A stretch of DNA of 53,190 nucleotides. It comes from Elusimicrobiota bacterium (GTDB taxonomy: Bacteria > Elusimicrobiota > Elusimicrobia > Elusimicrobiales > UBA9959). Each line of letters opens with the position of its first letter. Position 1 is the first letter of the stretch. The translations under genes were made by a program, and so were the position numbers. The DNA lies in assembly GCA_036574205.1 (NCBI GenBank), contig JAINCQ010000003.1, forward strand, positions 1 through 53,190. Reading direction: 5' to 3'. Below, in pieces: positions 25,385-34,911 of the stretch. Below the pieces are notes generated by a model. The model searched no databases. It was given only the letters and a program-made list of their open reading frames with translations, and had not been told where the DNA came from.

Positions 25385-26674
25385 TTATTTTGGAGGAGGA
25401 ATTACAAGGATCTCGCCTTCAATAGGGAGTCCCTTAAATATCTTGTTCTGATTTTCGTCATATATTATTTTCCACATATCTGGTGTTCCGTAATATTTTG
25501 ATGAAATTGAGCGAAGAGTATCGCCACTTTCAACCTTATGAAGTTTAGGCCATTTCTCTTCTTTTTTGGGAGTGGAAATGATTTCTTTTGATTTTTGAGG
25601 GTTCCTCTTTTGATATTCCATATCAAGAAGTTCAAGTTCGTTATTTTTTATTTGTTCTTTTAACTCAATCATTCTGGTGTTTAATAGCGTTATCTCAGAT
25701 TCAAGAATTCCTTTTTGGGTCTGATATTTAGCCACCTCGCTTTCAAGTGTTCTTAGTTGTTCGTTAAGATAATCGACTTTTGAGTTTAATTCCTTAACCT
25801 TATTTGCGGCGTCATCAACCATCCTCTCTTTATATGTTGGCCCTGTAAATTTGTATGTTAAAGAAAACCCGTAGTTTCCAAAATTTTTATGAAATCCTTT
25901 CCACGGATAAGAAAAGCCTATATCTATTATTAGGGGATCAAAATTTAATCCGGATCCAATCATTAAAAAATCCTCTCCATCAAGATTAATTCCTTTACCT
26001 ACTCTGAATCTTAAAAGGTCATCATAAAAACTTTTTTCAACTCCAGGGAAAAACTCTGAATATCCGCCCGTAACTCTTAAATCTAATACAAATGTTGTCC
26101 CGTGATATTTGTATGAGTTGCCGATTGTAAAAGTCGTAAGAGACTTACCCATTCCTGTCATCAGTTTTGATATAACAAAAGCTGTTCTATAATTTTCCAC
26201 AGAACTTAAAATAATTCCTGCATCAATTCCTATACCTAAACTATCTTTGTCTGGAATTCTTATGCTCATTATTCTTAAATTTCCGCCATAAAGCACCGGA
26301 AGTTGAAAGTATTTTAATATTGTTTGATCTGCATAACCTATCAGATATGTATCCATTTTCTGTATTGACTGTCTTATATTATCATAACCAAAACCTATAA
26401 CTGCATTTTTTGTGTCAGGTAAAGGTCTTATGTAACCCAATGAGAATTCCCCTAAGTTTTTATCTGCAAGCTTTCTGTTTAAAGAAGCTCCAAGTTCCCA
26501 ATCTTTTATCTGAGTAAGCCCTGCGGGATTGTAAAACATTGAAAAAGCGTCATCAGCTATAGAAGAGAATCCACTTCCCATTGAATTGGCTCTCATACCT
26601 GGATAGGTATATGTAAAATCTTTTGAATTCAAAGCAAAAGAAAACAACAAAATCATAGATAGTAGTTTTATCAT
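25385..26674 (-). CDS. PorV/FadL-like outer-membrane barrel fused to coiled coil and C-terminal LysM
   Basis: Signal peptide, then GMRANSMGSGFSSIADDAFSMFYNPAGL (PorV/FadL hatch motif), beta strands ending SLTYKF, a heptad region, and HKVESGDTLRSISSKYYG...WKIIYDEN...GEILVIP (LysM). Confidence 0.8.
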   Translation of the reverse strand: MIKLLSMILLFSFALNSKDFTYTYPGMRANSMGSGFSSIADDAFSMFYNPAGLTQIKDWELGASLNRKLADKNLGEFSLGYIRPLPDTKNAVIGFGYDNIRQSIQKMDTYLIGYADQTILKYFQLPVLYGGNLRIMSIRIPDKDSLGIGIDAGIILSSVENYRTAFVISKLMTGMGKSLTTFTIGNSYKYHGTTFVLDLRVTGGYSEFFPGVEKSFYDDLLRFRVGKGINLDGEDFLMIGSGLNFDPLIIDIGFSYPWKGFHKNFGNYGFSLTYKFTGPTYKERMVDDAANKVKELNSKVDYLNEQLRTLESEVAKYQTQKGILESEITLLNTRMIELKEQIKNNELELLDMEYQKRNPQKSKEIISTPKKEEKWPKLHKVESGDTLRSISSKYYGTPDMWKIIYDENQNKIFKGLPIEGEILVIPPPK

Positions 26675-26755
26675 AATTTTATTATAATATTTTTATGTTA
26701 ATTTTATGTTTCAGCTGTGTTAATAAAGAAGTAAAATATTAATTAAGGAGGGATT

Positions 26756-28516
26756 GTGAAGTATGTATTAATGTTTTTATTTATCATGCCTCTAAGATCT
26801 CAAGTCATCTCAACAACATCTATAGAAATTTCCACTTTACCTGTTACTATAAATGTTGTCTATCCGTGGGAAGGTAAGAACATAGGAAATGTTTCAAAAA
26901 CTTTTATATTTGGAAATGTTAAGCCATATGTTTCAACGATTACAATAAATCAATTTCCAGTAAGTGTTTATAAGACCGGCAGTTTTATATATTATCTGCC
27001 TGTTTCAAAAGGTGATTGTAAATTTAATATAGTTGCAAAAAATGAAGCAGGTATTTCAACTTTCACAAGGACTGTTATTTGTGGAGAGGTTAATTTTAAT
27101 GAAATAAACCAGCAAAATCCTTTTTATCTAATTTCACCTTCTACATATACTGAAATTTCAGGAGAGGATGAATTGTTTATTTCAGTAAAGGCTTTGAAAG
27201 CTACTACAATATACTATGAGATTGATGGGTTATGCGAGGGATATCTTGATGAAAACTATGCTGGAAGCGGGATTTACAATGGGAGATGTTATATAGAAAA
27301 GAAAAATAAAAATAGCAAACATTCACTTAAGCTTATATATAAATCTGGTAAATTAAAAGGCAAGAAGAGAAAATTTGAGGATATAATAAAGATTAACGAC
27401 AATGACTATATAGTTGAAACAACAACCGATAATGTAGTTTTAAGAAACAATGCTGGTGGATATATAATGTTTATGCCCAAGGATGTTTTATTGATTTCGG
27501 ATAGAAAGGAAGGGATGAAATATAGAGTAAAATTAGGAGATATTAAGTTATGGGTTGATGCTGATAAGGTTAATTTAAAAGGTTTTAAAACAAAATTGTT
27601 TAATACTGAGACAGGTACATTAAGGTTTTCAAAAATTGATCAAAATAAGGTTTCAGCAAAACTTGCAATATATCAGAAGGTTCCTTTTTCTGTCTGGGAG
27701 GATGAAAATAAATTATATCTTGAGTTATACTATACTAATTTGAGGACTAACTGGGTGATTTATGATTCAAGCGATAATTTTATAGATAATGTTTCATTTA
27801 AGCAGGAGGGTAGCGATAAAGCTATTTTCTCCTTTTCATTCAATAAAAATAGCAAGTTCTGGGGGTATGATATAAGTTATTCTACAGATAATTTGCTAAA
27901 TATAGATTTTAAGTTCAAACCAGAAATATCTATATCCACACAACCCTTGAAAGGACTTAATATAATTATAGATCCAGGGCATTCTCCTAAAAGGACTCCG
28001 CCTTATGATGGTGGGGTTGGACCAAGCGGAATTTATGAATGGGAGGCAAATCTTGATATAGCATTAAAACTTAAAGAGAAGTTAGAAAATCTTGGCGCAA
28101 ATGTTTTTATGACAAGATATACCAATGACGAAAAAGAACAGGTTCCTTTGCAAGAAAGACCAAAAATAGCAAAACGCCTTAATGGGGATTTGTATTTAAG
28201 CATACATAATAACGCAATACCTGATGGTGAAGATCCTTATCAAAAACCCAGAGGCTTTCAAATTTATTATTATCATCCTCATTCTAAAAAACTTGCCGAG
28301 TCTATACATAGAAGTTTTTTGAAAAATATTGATCTTTTTGATGAGGGTTTAAGGTTTGGAGACTATCATGTTGCAAGGCTTACCGCTATGCCATCAGTAT
28401 TGATTGAAAATGCATATATGATTTTACCTGAACATGAAGAAATGCTTATGGATTCTTCTTTTAAGGATAAACTTGCAAAAACCATAGCAGATGGGATAGT
28501 TGATTTTTTAAAGTAG
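26756..28516 (+). CDS. N-acetylmuramoyl-L-alanine amidase (Amidase_3) with N-terminal Ig/AMIN-like region
   Basis: IIIDPGH, E..ANLDIA, LSIHNNA and PSVLIEN zinc-amidase motifs; SD AAGGAGG. Confidence 0.92.
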   Translation: MKYVLMFLFIMPLRSQVISTTSIEISTLPVTINVVYPWEGKNIGNVSKTFIFGNVKPYVSTITINQFPVSVYKTGSFIYYLPVSKGDCKFNIVAKNEAGISTFTRTVICGEVNFNEINQQNPFYLISPSTYTEISGEDELFISVKALKATTIYYEIDGLCEGYLDENYAGSGIYNGRCYIEKKNKNSKHSLKLIYKSGKLKGKKRKFEDIIKINDNDYIVETTTDNVVLRNNAGGYIMFMPKDVLLISDRKEGMKYRVKLGDIKLWVDADKVNLKGFKTKLFNTETGTLRFSKIDQNKVSAKLAIYQKVPFSVWEDENKLYLELYYTNLRTNWVIYDSSDNFIDNVSFKQEGSDKAIFSFSFNKNSKFWGYDISYSTDNLLNIDFKFKPEISISTQPLKGLNIIIDPGHSPKRTPPYDGGVGPSGIYEWEANLDIALKLKEKLENLGANVFMTRYTNDEKEQVPLQERPKIAKRLNGDLYLSIHNNAIPDGEDPYQKPRGFQIYYYHPHSKKLAESIHRSFLKNIDLFDEGLRFGDYHVARLTAMPSVLIENAYMILPEHEEMLMDSSFKDKLAKTIADGIVDFLK

Positions 28517-28525
28517 GGGGGGCGA

Positions 28526-29365
28526 ATGGAGATAAGCGATATCAAAAAATTTATAGACGGAATAGATTTATTGAATAATGAAAGAGAGATTGTGACAAAA
28601 TTTCTTGATTACGGGATAAATGTTTTACAATGCGAGTCTGGGAGTTTTTTTGCAGTAAATGAAAATAAAAAAACACTGACATTTGATATAGTTAGGGGCG
28701 CAAGTTCTGAAGAGTTATCCGGCATAAGTTTTAAATATACAGGTATAGTTGGATGGTGCGCTCAGACAAAAAAGGACATACTTGTTAAAGATGTCAACAA
28801 TAATCCTGTTTTTACAAAGAAAATTGATTATGCTACTCAGTATAAGACAAAATCAGTTATAGCTATAACTATTGGGTATGGTAGAGATCTTTTTGGTATA
28901 GTAGAATTTATAAATCCTAAGAATAAAAATTTTTTTGACGAAACTGATTTTGATCTTATTAAACTTATTTCATATTGCGTTTCGCATAAAATATATATAA
29001 TCAGAATGGAAAACTCCATCTTTGAAGTGAATAAAAGGCTTGATTCCGCAATTAACAATCTTTCTGGAGGTTTTATTGGAATAGATAACAATGGAATAAT
29101 AGTTTTTTTAAATCCACGAGCCAGAGAAATACTTGATATAAAAGGAGATTATGTTGGCAAAATGTATCATGATCTTGACGATTATTTGTATAAAATAAAA
29201 GAATTGCTTGGAGATTCTAAAAATGGAAAATTTGTAAAAAGGGGAGAACTTGTATGTAAAATAAATTCTGTTGAAAAGAAAATAGGTTTTAGCACCATAA
29301 GTCTTAGAGCTATTGATGGGACTATCCTTGGCAGCGCAATTATTTTTCAGGATATAAGTGGGTAG
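28526..29365 (+). CDS. GAF + PAS sensory protein without output domain
   Basis: GAF motifs GIVGWC...F..KIDYATQYKTKSVIA...FINPK..FFDETD and PAS motifs GGFIGIDNNG.I.FLNPRA...IIFQDI. Confidence 0.85.
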   Translation: MEISDIKKFIDGIDLLNNEREIVTKFLDYGINVLQCESGSFFAVNENKKTLTFDIVRGASSEELSGISFKYTGIVGWCAQTKKDILVKDVNNNPVFTKKIDYATQYKTKSVIAITIGYGRDLFGIVEFINPKNKNFFDETDFDLIKLISYCVSHKIYIIRMENSIFEVNKRLDSAINNLSGGFIGIDNNGIIVFLNPRAREILDIKGDYVGKMYHDLDDYLYKIKELLGDSKNGKFVKRGELVCKINSVEKKIGFSTISLRAIDGTILGSAIIFQDISG

Positions 29366-29393
29366 ATAAAATAAATTGGTATAATATTTAAAT

Positions 29394-29750
29394 ATGAGAA
29401 TCCTTGTAGCAGAAGATGATGATATAAACAGAGAGCTTATAACGGAAATTCTTACATCTGAAGGCCATGAGGTTATTGGAGTTAGTGATGGTCAGGAGCT
29501 TATTAAAACCTCGCTTTCGTATAAACCTGATTTAATACTTACAGATATACAGATGCCTAATATGAGTGGTGACACAATGATAGCCATGATAGAAGAATAT
29601 GATGATCTTGTAAAAACTCCAGTTGTGATAATGACAGGCATGGGAGAGACTGAATTTAAAAAATTGGGAATTTCAAAGGATATAAATGTCATTTTTAAGC
29701 CTATTAATGTAGAAAAACTCAAAGAAATCATTTCAAAACTTGCAAAATAA
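29394..29750 (+). CDS. Single-domain response regulator (CheY-like)
   Basis: ILVAEDD, DLILTDIQMPNMSG, VIMTG and KP motifs. Confidence 0.93.
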   Translation: MRILVAEDDDINRELITEILTSEGHEVIGVSDGQELIKTSLSYKPDLILTDIQMPNMSGDTMIAMIEEYDDLVKTPVVIMTGMGETEFKKLGISKDINVIFKPINVEKLKEIISKLAK

Positions 29751-30022
29751 TGGAATTTTTAGACTATATTAGAGATCTTATTAATGCTACTCATTTTTTA
29801 GGACCATTTTTTTTAATACTGGGAGGTTTTTCTGTTATTTTTTTTATAGCAGGTCTCATTTTATGGTTTTACGCTTTTTATACTTGTTTTAAAACTGAAA
29901 ATGATAGAGTAAAAAGGAATATCTGGCTTGCTATTATCTTAATTGGAAAATTTGCTGGCGCTATTTCTTATCTTGTTTTTGAGAAAATCCTTTCAAAAAA
30001 AGAAAGCAAAATTTCTGAGTAA
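29750..30022 (+). CDS. Small membrane protein (PLDc N-terminal-like)
   Basis: LWFYAFYTC......KRNIWLAIILIGKFAGAISY pattern. Confidence 0.6.
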   Translation: MEFLDYIRDLINATHFLGPFFLILGGFSVIFFIAGLILWFYAFYTCFKTENDRVKRNIWLAIILIGKFAGAISYLVFEKILSKKESKISE

Positions 30023-30058
30023 AAAATAGTTTAGTATAATATTAAAAGAGAGGTGGTT

Positions 30059-30520
30059 ATGAAAGTTAAAGTTAAGAAACTTATTGATTTAGCACATATG
30101 CCTGAAAGAGCTTATGAAAATGACGCCGGAGCAGATTTATTTTCAATAGAAGAAGTAAGTGTTCAGCCTCATAGTCCCGCCCAGATAAAAACAGGTATTG
30201 CAATAGCTCTTCCTAAAAAAACCTGTGCAATGATATGGGGAAAAAGCTCTATTGAGTCAAAGGGTTTGATAATAACAGCTGGGCTTATTGATGAAGGTTA
30301 TAGAGGCGAGATTATTGTCTGCGTTTTTAATCTTACAGATAAAATACAGATGGTGGAAAAAAACCAGAAAATAGCTCAACTGGTGGTTATGCCTGTTTAT
30401 TATCCTAAATTTAAAAGTGTAAAAGAACTTCCTAAATCAAAAAGGGGAATTCTTGGTTTTGGAAGTTCAGGTTTTAAAAAAGAGCCAGTTAAAATAACCC
30501 CTCCAAATCCAGACTTTTAG
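30059..30520 (+). CDS. dut: dUTPase
   Basis: DAGADL, KSS, GLIDEGYRGEI, IAQL and RGILGFGSSG motifs. Confidence 0.95.
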   Translation: MKVKVKKLIDLAHMPERAYENDAGADLFSIEEVSVQPHSPAQIKTGIAIALPKKTCAMIWGKSSIESKGLIITAGLIDEGYRGEIIVCVFNLTDKIQMVEKNQKIAQLVVMPVYYPKFKSVKELPKSKRGILGFGSSGFKKEPVKITPPNPDF

Positions 30521-30523
30521 GCA

Positions 30524-31132
30524 ATGAAGAAACTGGAAAATATAAGGCTTTTCCTGATGGATGTTGATGGTGTTCTTACTGATGGGAAGATGTATTATTT
30601 TACCGATTCAAACGGCTTTGATCATGAATTCAAAGCCTTCAATTCTCAGGACGGTATTGGACTTATAGTTCTTAACAAATTTTCAATTAAAACTGGTATT
30701 ATAACTGGAAGAGAATCTGAAAGTGTATTTCAAAGAGCTAAATTATTAAAAATGAGTTTTGTTTATCAGGGTTTTCTTACTAAAATATGGGCGCTTGATG
30801 AGATACTTCGTAAAACTGGATTTAGTTATGAAAATGTTTGCTATATGGGAGATGACCTTCCTGACATCCCTGTTCTTAAAAAGGTTGGATTTTCTGTATG
30901 CCCAAAAAATGCGGTTAAAGAGGTTAAAAGAGTTTGTGATTATATCTCTCCAAAAAAAGGAGGTGATGGTGCGGTCAGGGATGTTTGCGAGTTGATACTT
31001 AAAAGCAAAAAACTTAATGGTTTGATGATGGATGGCTTTGAAAAAGGTATATGGCCGAAATCAGATTCTTTATCCTGCCCTGAAAATGTGCTTTATTCAG
31101 TTTGGAAAAAAAATAAAAAGGAGAAAACTTGA
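30524..31132 (+). CDS. kdsC: KDO 8-phosphate phosphatase (HAD family)
   Basis: DVDGVLTDG, DGIG, IITGR, GDDLPD and GGDGAVRDVCE motifs. Confidence 0.9.
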   Translation: MKKLENIRLFLMDVDGVLTDGKMYYFTDSNGFDHEFKAFNSQDGIGLIVLNKFSIKTGIITGRESESVFQRAKLLKMSFVYQGFLTKIWALDEILRKTGFSYENVCYMGDDLPDIPVLKKVGFSVCPKNAVKEVKRVCDYISPKKGGDGAVRDVCELILKSKKLNGLMMDGFEKGIWPKSDSLSCPENVLYSVWKKNKKEKT

Positions 31133-31806
31133 AACAATATATCCTGTCATTTGCAAGTGGGTTTTTAAGTTTTATTTCTCCATGCGTTTTGCCGCTTATT
31201 CCAGGTTATCTTTCGCTTATATCAGGGATTTCTGCCACGGAAATTATTAATGGTGATTGCGAATTTAATAAACGTAAACTTATATTATCTTCATTGTTTT
31301 TTGTTTTAGGATTTTCAATAGTTTTTACGCTCCTTGGAGTTCTTTCTGCTACCGCCGGCGGTTTTATTGCCACAAACAGGATAATAATTCAAAAGATGAT
31401 GGGTGTGGTTATGGTTATACTTGGTCTTCATATATCTGGTTTTACAAGACTTGCTTTTTTAGATTATGAAAAAAGGAAATTATACAAATCTTCGGTTTCA
31501 ACTTATTTTTCGGCTTTTATAACTGGAATCAGTTTTGCTTTGGGATGGTCGCCATGTATAGGCCCTTTTCTTGCTAACATACTTTTTTTAGCGGCTACCC
31601 ATTCAGTTTTTGAGGGTGGTTTTTTGCTTTTTTTATATTCTCTGGGTTTGGGTGTCCCATTTATAGCGACTGCTGTTCTGTCATCTGTTTTTTTGAAATT
31701 TATATCCAGAAACAAAAAAATATTTTTTTATATTGAAAAAATCGCTGGTCTTATACTGGCGTTGATAGGAGTTCTGATATTTTTTGATAAGTTTTCTATA
31801 GAATAA
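31129..31806 (+). CDS. ccdA: Cytochrome c biogenesis / disulfide transporter CcdA
   Basis: SFISPCVLPLIP and WSPCIGP motifs. Confidence 0.93.
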   Translation: MKQYILSFASGFLSFISPCVLPLIPGYLSLISGISATEIINGDCEFNKRKLILSSLFFVLGFSIVFTLLGVLSATAGGFIATNRIIIQKMMGVVMVILGLHISGFTRLAFLDYEKRKLYKSSVSTYFSAFITGISFALGWSPCIGPFLANILFLAATHSVFEGGFLLFLYSLGLGVPFIATAVLSSVFLKFISRNKKIFFYIEKIAGLILALIGVLIFFDKFSIE

Positions 31807-31811
31807 TAGTT

Positions 31812-32504
31812 ATGGCAAAATTAATAATAGCTCTTGATTGTGAAATAAACAGAGCAAAAGAAATAGTAAAAGAAGTTTATAAGAAAAATAATTTTTTTAA
31901 AGTAGGTCCTGTGCTTTTTGTAAATCATGGTCTTGAGATTATTGAATTTTTAAAAAAATATGATTCAAAGATTTTTCTTGATCTAAAATTACACGATATA
32001 CCAAATACTGTTGAAAAAGCTGTTGAAAATATAAGTAGACTTGGGGTTTATTCCCTTTCTGTTCATGCATGCGGTGGCAAAGAAATGTTGAAAGCTTGTG
32101 TTGGAGCAGCGGGGAAAAAATTAAAAATATGGGGGGTAACTATTCTTACAAGTATAGATGTTTTTGAATATTCATCTTTAGGTTTTAGGTATTCCCTTGA
32201 ACATCAGGTTGCTCATTTTGCAAGATTATTGAAATCAGCCGGTGTTGATGGCATTATATCTTCGCCACGTGAAATGTATTATCTTAAAAAAATAATCAAT
32301 GATATTGATTTTATAACCCCATCTATAAGGTTATCAACCACAAAAGATATAGATGATCAGAAAAGGTTTATGACACCTAAAAAAGCTGTGGAATGGGGAT
32401 CGGATTATCTGGTTGTTGGAAGACCAATTACGCAGAGTAAAAATCCTCTTGAGGTGGTAGACAAAATTATTGAAGAAATAAATAGCGCAGGTAAATATGA
32501 CTGA
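31812..32504 (+). CDS. pyrF: Orotidine-5'-phosphate decarboxylase
   Basis: LIIALD, FLDLKLHDIPNTV, VTILTS, DDQKR and VVGRPIT motifs. Confidence 0.96.
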   Translation: MAKLIIALDCEINRAKEIVKEVYKKNNFFKVGPVLFVNHGLEIIEFLKKYDSKIFLDLKLHDIPNTVEKAVENISRLGVYSLSVHACGGKEMLKACVGAAGKKLKIWGVTILTSIDVFEYSSLGFRYSLEHQVAHFARLLKSAGVDGIISSPREMYYLKKIINDIDFITPSIRLSTTKDIDDQKRFMTPKKAVEWGSDYLVVGRPITQSKNPLEVVDKIIEEINSAGKYD

Positions 32505-33075
32505 AAAAACAATTATAGAAGAACTTGAAAAATCTGGTTCTTTTTTAAAAGGGCATTTTTTGCTTTCAAGTGGACTTCACTCCGATACGTATATACAATG
32601 TGCGCTTGCTCTAAGATACCCTTCTGTGGCTGGTAAGTTTGCCGAAGAACTTTATAAACAGACAAAGAATCTTTTGCCAGATTTGATTATTTCTCCTGCT
32701 TTAGGAGGAATTATAATTGGTTGGGAAGTTGCAAAAATCTTTAACAAACCTTTTATATTTACGGAAAAAGAAGATGGGATCGTAAAATTAAGACGTGGAT
32801 TTACTATTGAAAAAAATATGAGATTACTTATAGTTGAGGATGTCTTTACCACAGGAAAGTCTACTAATGAGGTTGCAAAAATTATAAATAATTATGGGGG
32901 AACTGTTGTTGGGGCATGCTCTATAATAAAAAGAGGGAGACCTCAGTTTGATTTTCCGCATTTTAGCCTTATTGAACTTGAACTGAAAACATATACTCAG
33001 GATAACTGTCCTTTATGCAAATCTAATATACCAATAGTTAAACCTGGGTCTAGAAAGTTCAATATGAAGTTTTAG
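32497..33075 (+). CDS. pyrE: Orotate phosphoribosyltransferase
   Basis: GHFLLSSGLHS and VEDVFTTGKS PRPP motif. Confidence 0.95.
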   Translation: MTEKTIIEELEKSGSFLKGHFLLSSGLHSDTYIQCALALRYPSVAGKFAEELYKQTKNLLPDLIISPALGGIIIGWEVAKIFNKPFIFTEKEDGIVKLRRGFTIEKNMRLLIVEDVFTTGKSTNEVAKIINNYGGTVVGACSIIKRGRPQFDFPHFSLIELELKTYTQDNCPLCKSNIPIVKPGSRKFNMKF

Positions 33076-33137
33076 TTTTATGTTTATAAACTTAGAAATT
33101 CATTTAATTTTGTATAATTATAGAAAAAGGAGGCATT

Positions 33138-34769
33138 ATGAATAATACAATTATAAAATTAAATGAGCCTGAAAACGAACCTATTTTAAGTTATGCCCCA
33201 AATACCCCTGAAAGGGATGAATTAAAGCGGAAAATAAAAGATTTAAAGTCTCAAGTTATAGAAATTCCACTTATAATCGGTGGGAAAGAAATTAGAACTG
33301 GAAAAATTGGTGAGGTTGTTATACCACATGAAAACAAAAAGATAATAGCGAAATATCATAAAGCAACACCAAAAGAAGTAGCTTTAGCTATAGAAACTGC
33401 TATGAAGGTTAAAAAAGAATGGTCGGCTATGAGATGGGAAGAAAGAGTTAAGATTTTCTTAAAAGCAGCAGAGCTTTTAAGTGGTCCATGGAGGCAAACC
33501 TTAAATGCTGCGACAATGCTTGGACAGTCAAAAAATCCTTTTCAGGCGGAAATAGATTCGGCATGTGAACTTATAGATTTTTTTAGATTTAATTCATATT
33601 TTGCGGCGACGATATATTCAAATCAACCTTTTTCTCCAAAACCAACCTTTAATTATATGGAATACAGACCACTTGAAGGTTTTGTTTTCGCTGTAACTCC
33701 TTTTAATTTTACATCAATTGCCGGAAATCTTCCAAGCGCCCCAGCTTTGATGGGCAATACAGTTATCTGGAAGCCGGCTTCAACTGCTGTTTATTCTGCA
33801 TATTATTTGATGAAACTCTGGAAAGATGCAGGATTACCTGATGGGGTTATAAATATGGTTGTTGGAAGTGGGGGCGATGTCGGGAATCCAGTCCTTGATA
33901 ATGAGAATTTTGGTGGTTTGCATTTCACTGGTTCAACTGCGGTTTTTCAAGGTATGTGGTCAATTGCTTCAAGAAATCTTTTTAAATATAAGAGCTATCC
34001 AAGAATTGTTGGGGAAACAGGTGGAAAGGATTTTGTTTTTGTTCATTCTTCATGTGATAGAAAGGTTTTAATAACAGCTCTTATAAGAGGCGCTTTTGAA
34101 TATCAAGGGCAGAAATGTTCTGCCGCCTCAAGGGCATATATTCCAGATTCTGTATGGAAAGATATAAAAGATGAACTGGTAGCAGAAATAAAATCTATAA
34201 AGATGGGGGTAGTTGATGATTTTTCTAATTTTATGAATGCTGTTATAGATAAGAATTCTTTTGAAAATATTAAAGCTTATATAGAATATGCGAAAAAATC
34301 ACCAGAAGCCGAAATTTTAGTTGGAGGCGGATGCGATGATAGTGAAGGTTATTTTATTCAACCGACTGTTATAATTGCAAAAAATCCTCATTTTAAAACA
34401 ATGGTTGAGGAGATATTTGGTCCTGTCCTTACAGTTTATATCTATGATGATGATAAATTTGAAGAAACTCTGAAACTATGCAATGAAACCTCAGCATATG
34501 GACTAACTGGATCTATTATTGCTCAGGATAGATCAGCTATATTGAAAGCGTCAGAGATTTTATATAATGCAGCTGGAAATTTTTATATAAATGATAAACC
34601 GACAGGAGCTGTTGTAAATCAGCAGCCTTTTGGCGGTGGAAGAGCGAGCGGAACAAACGATAAAGCAGGTTCATGGCTTAATCTTATAAGATGGGTAAGT
34701 CCAAGAGCGGTTAAGGAAAATTTTGTCCCGCCGAAAGAATGGAAATATCCTTTTATGAGGGAGCCATAG
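33138..34769 (+). CDS. pruA: L-glutamate gamma-semialdehyde (P5C) dehydrogenase
   Basis: QAEIDSACELIDF, PFNFTSIAGNL, FTGST, GETGGK, FEYQGQKCSA, EEIFGP and SGTNDKAG motifs. Confidence 0.95.
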   Translation: MNNTIIKLNEPENEPILSYAPNTPERDELKRKIKDLKSQVIEIPLIIGGKEIRTGKIGEVVIPHENKKIIAKYHKATPKEVALAIETAMKVKKEWSAMRWEERVKIFLKAAELLSGPWRQTLNAATMLGQSKNPFQAEIDSACELIDFFRFNSYFAATIYSNQPFSPKPTFNYMEYRPLEGFVFAVTPFNFTSIAGNLPSAPALMGNTVIWKPASTAVYSAYYLMKLWKDAGLPDGVINMVVGSGGDVGNPVLDNENFGGLHFTGSTAVFQGMWSIASRNLFKYKSYPRIVGETGGKDFVFVHSSCDRKVLITALIRGAFEYQGQKCSAASRAYIPDSVWKDIKDELVAEIKSIKMGVVDDFSNFMNAVIDKNSFENIKAYIEYAKKSPEAEILVGGGCDDSEGYFIQPTVIIAKNPHFKTMVEEIFGPVLTVYIYDDDKFEETLKLCNETSAYGLTGSIIAQDRSAILKASEILYNAAGNFYINDKPTGAVVNQQPFGGGRASGTNDKAGSWLNLIRWVSPRAVKENFVPPKEWKYPFMREP

Positions 34770-34911
34770 AGTGATTTTATAGCACGCGATAAAATTTGAT
34801 ACTGATTTTAGATTTAAAAGTTTTTTCAAAATAAAAGTGGAGTAGTATATAAAAAGAAATTTGTTGGTATATTTAATACCCTCTGCTACTTAGATTAACT
34901 GGGGTAGTTTT

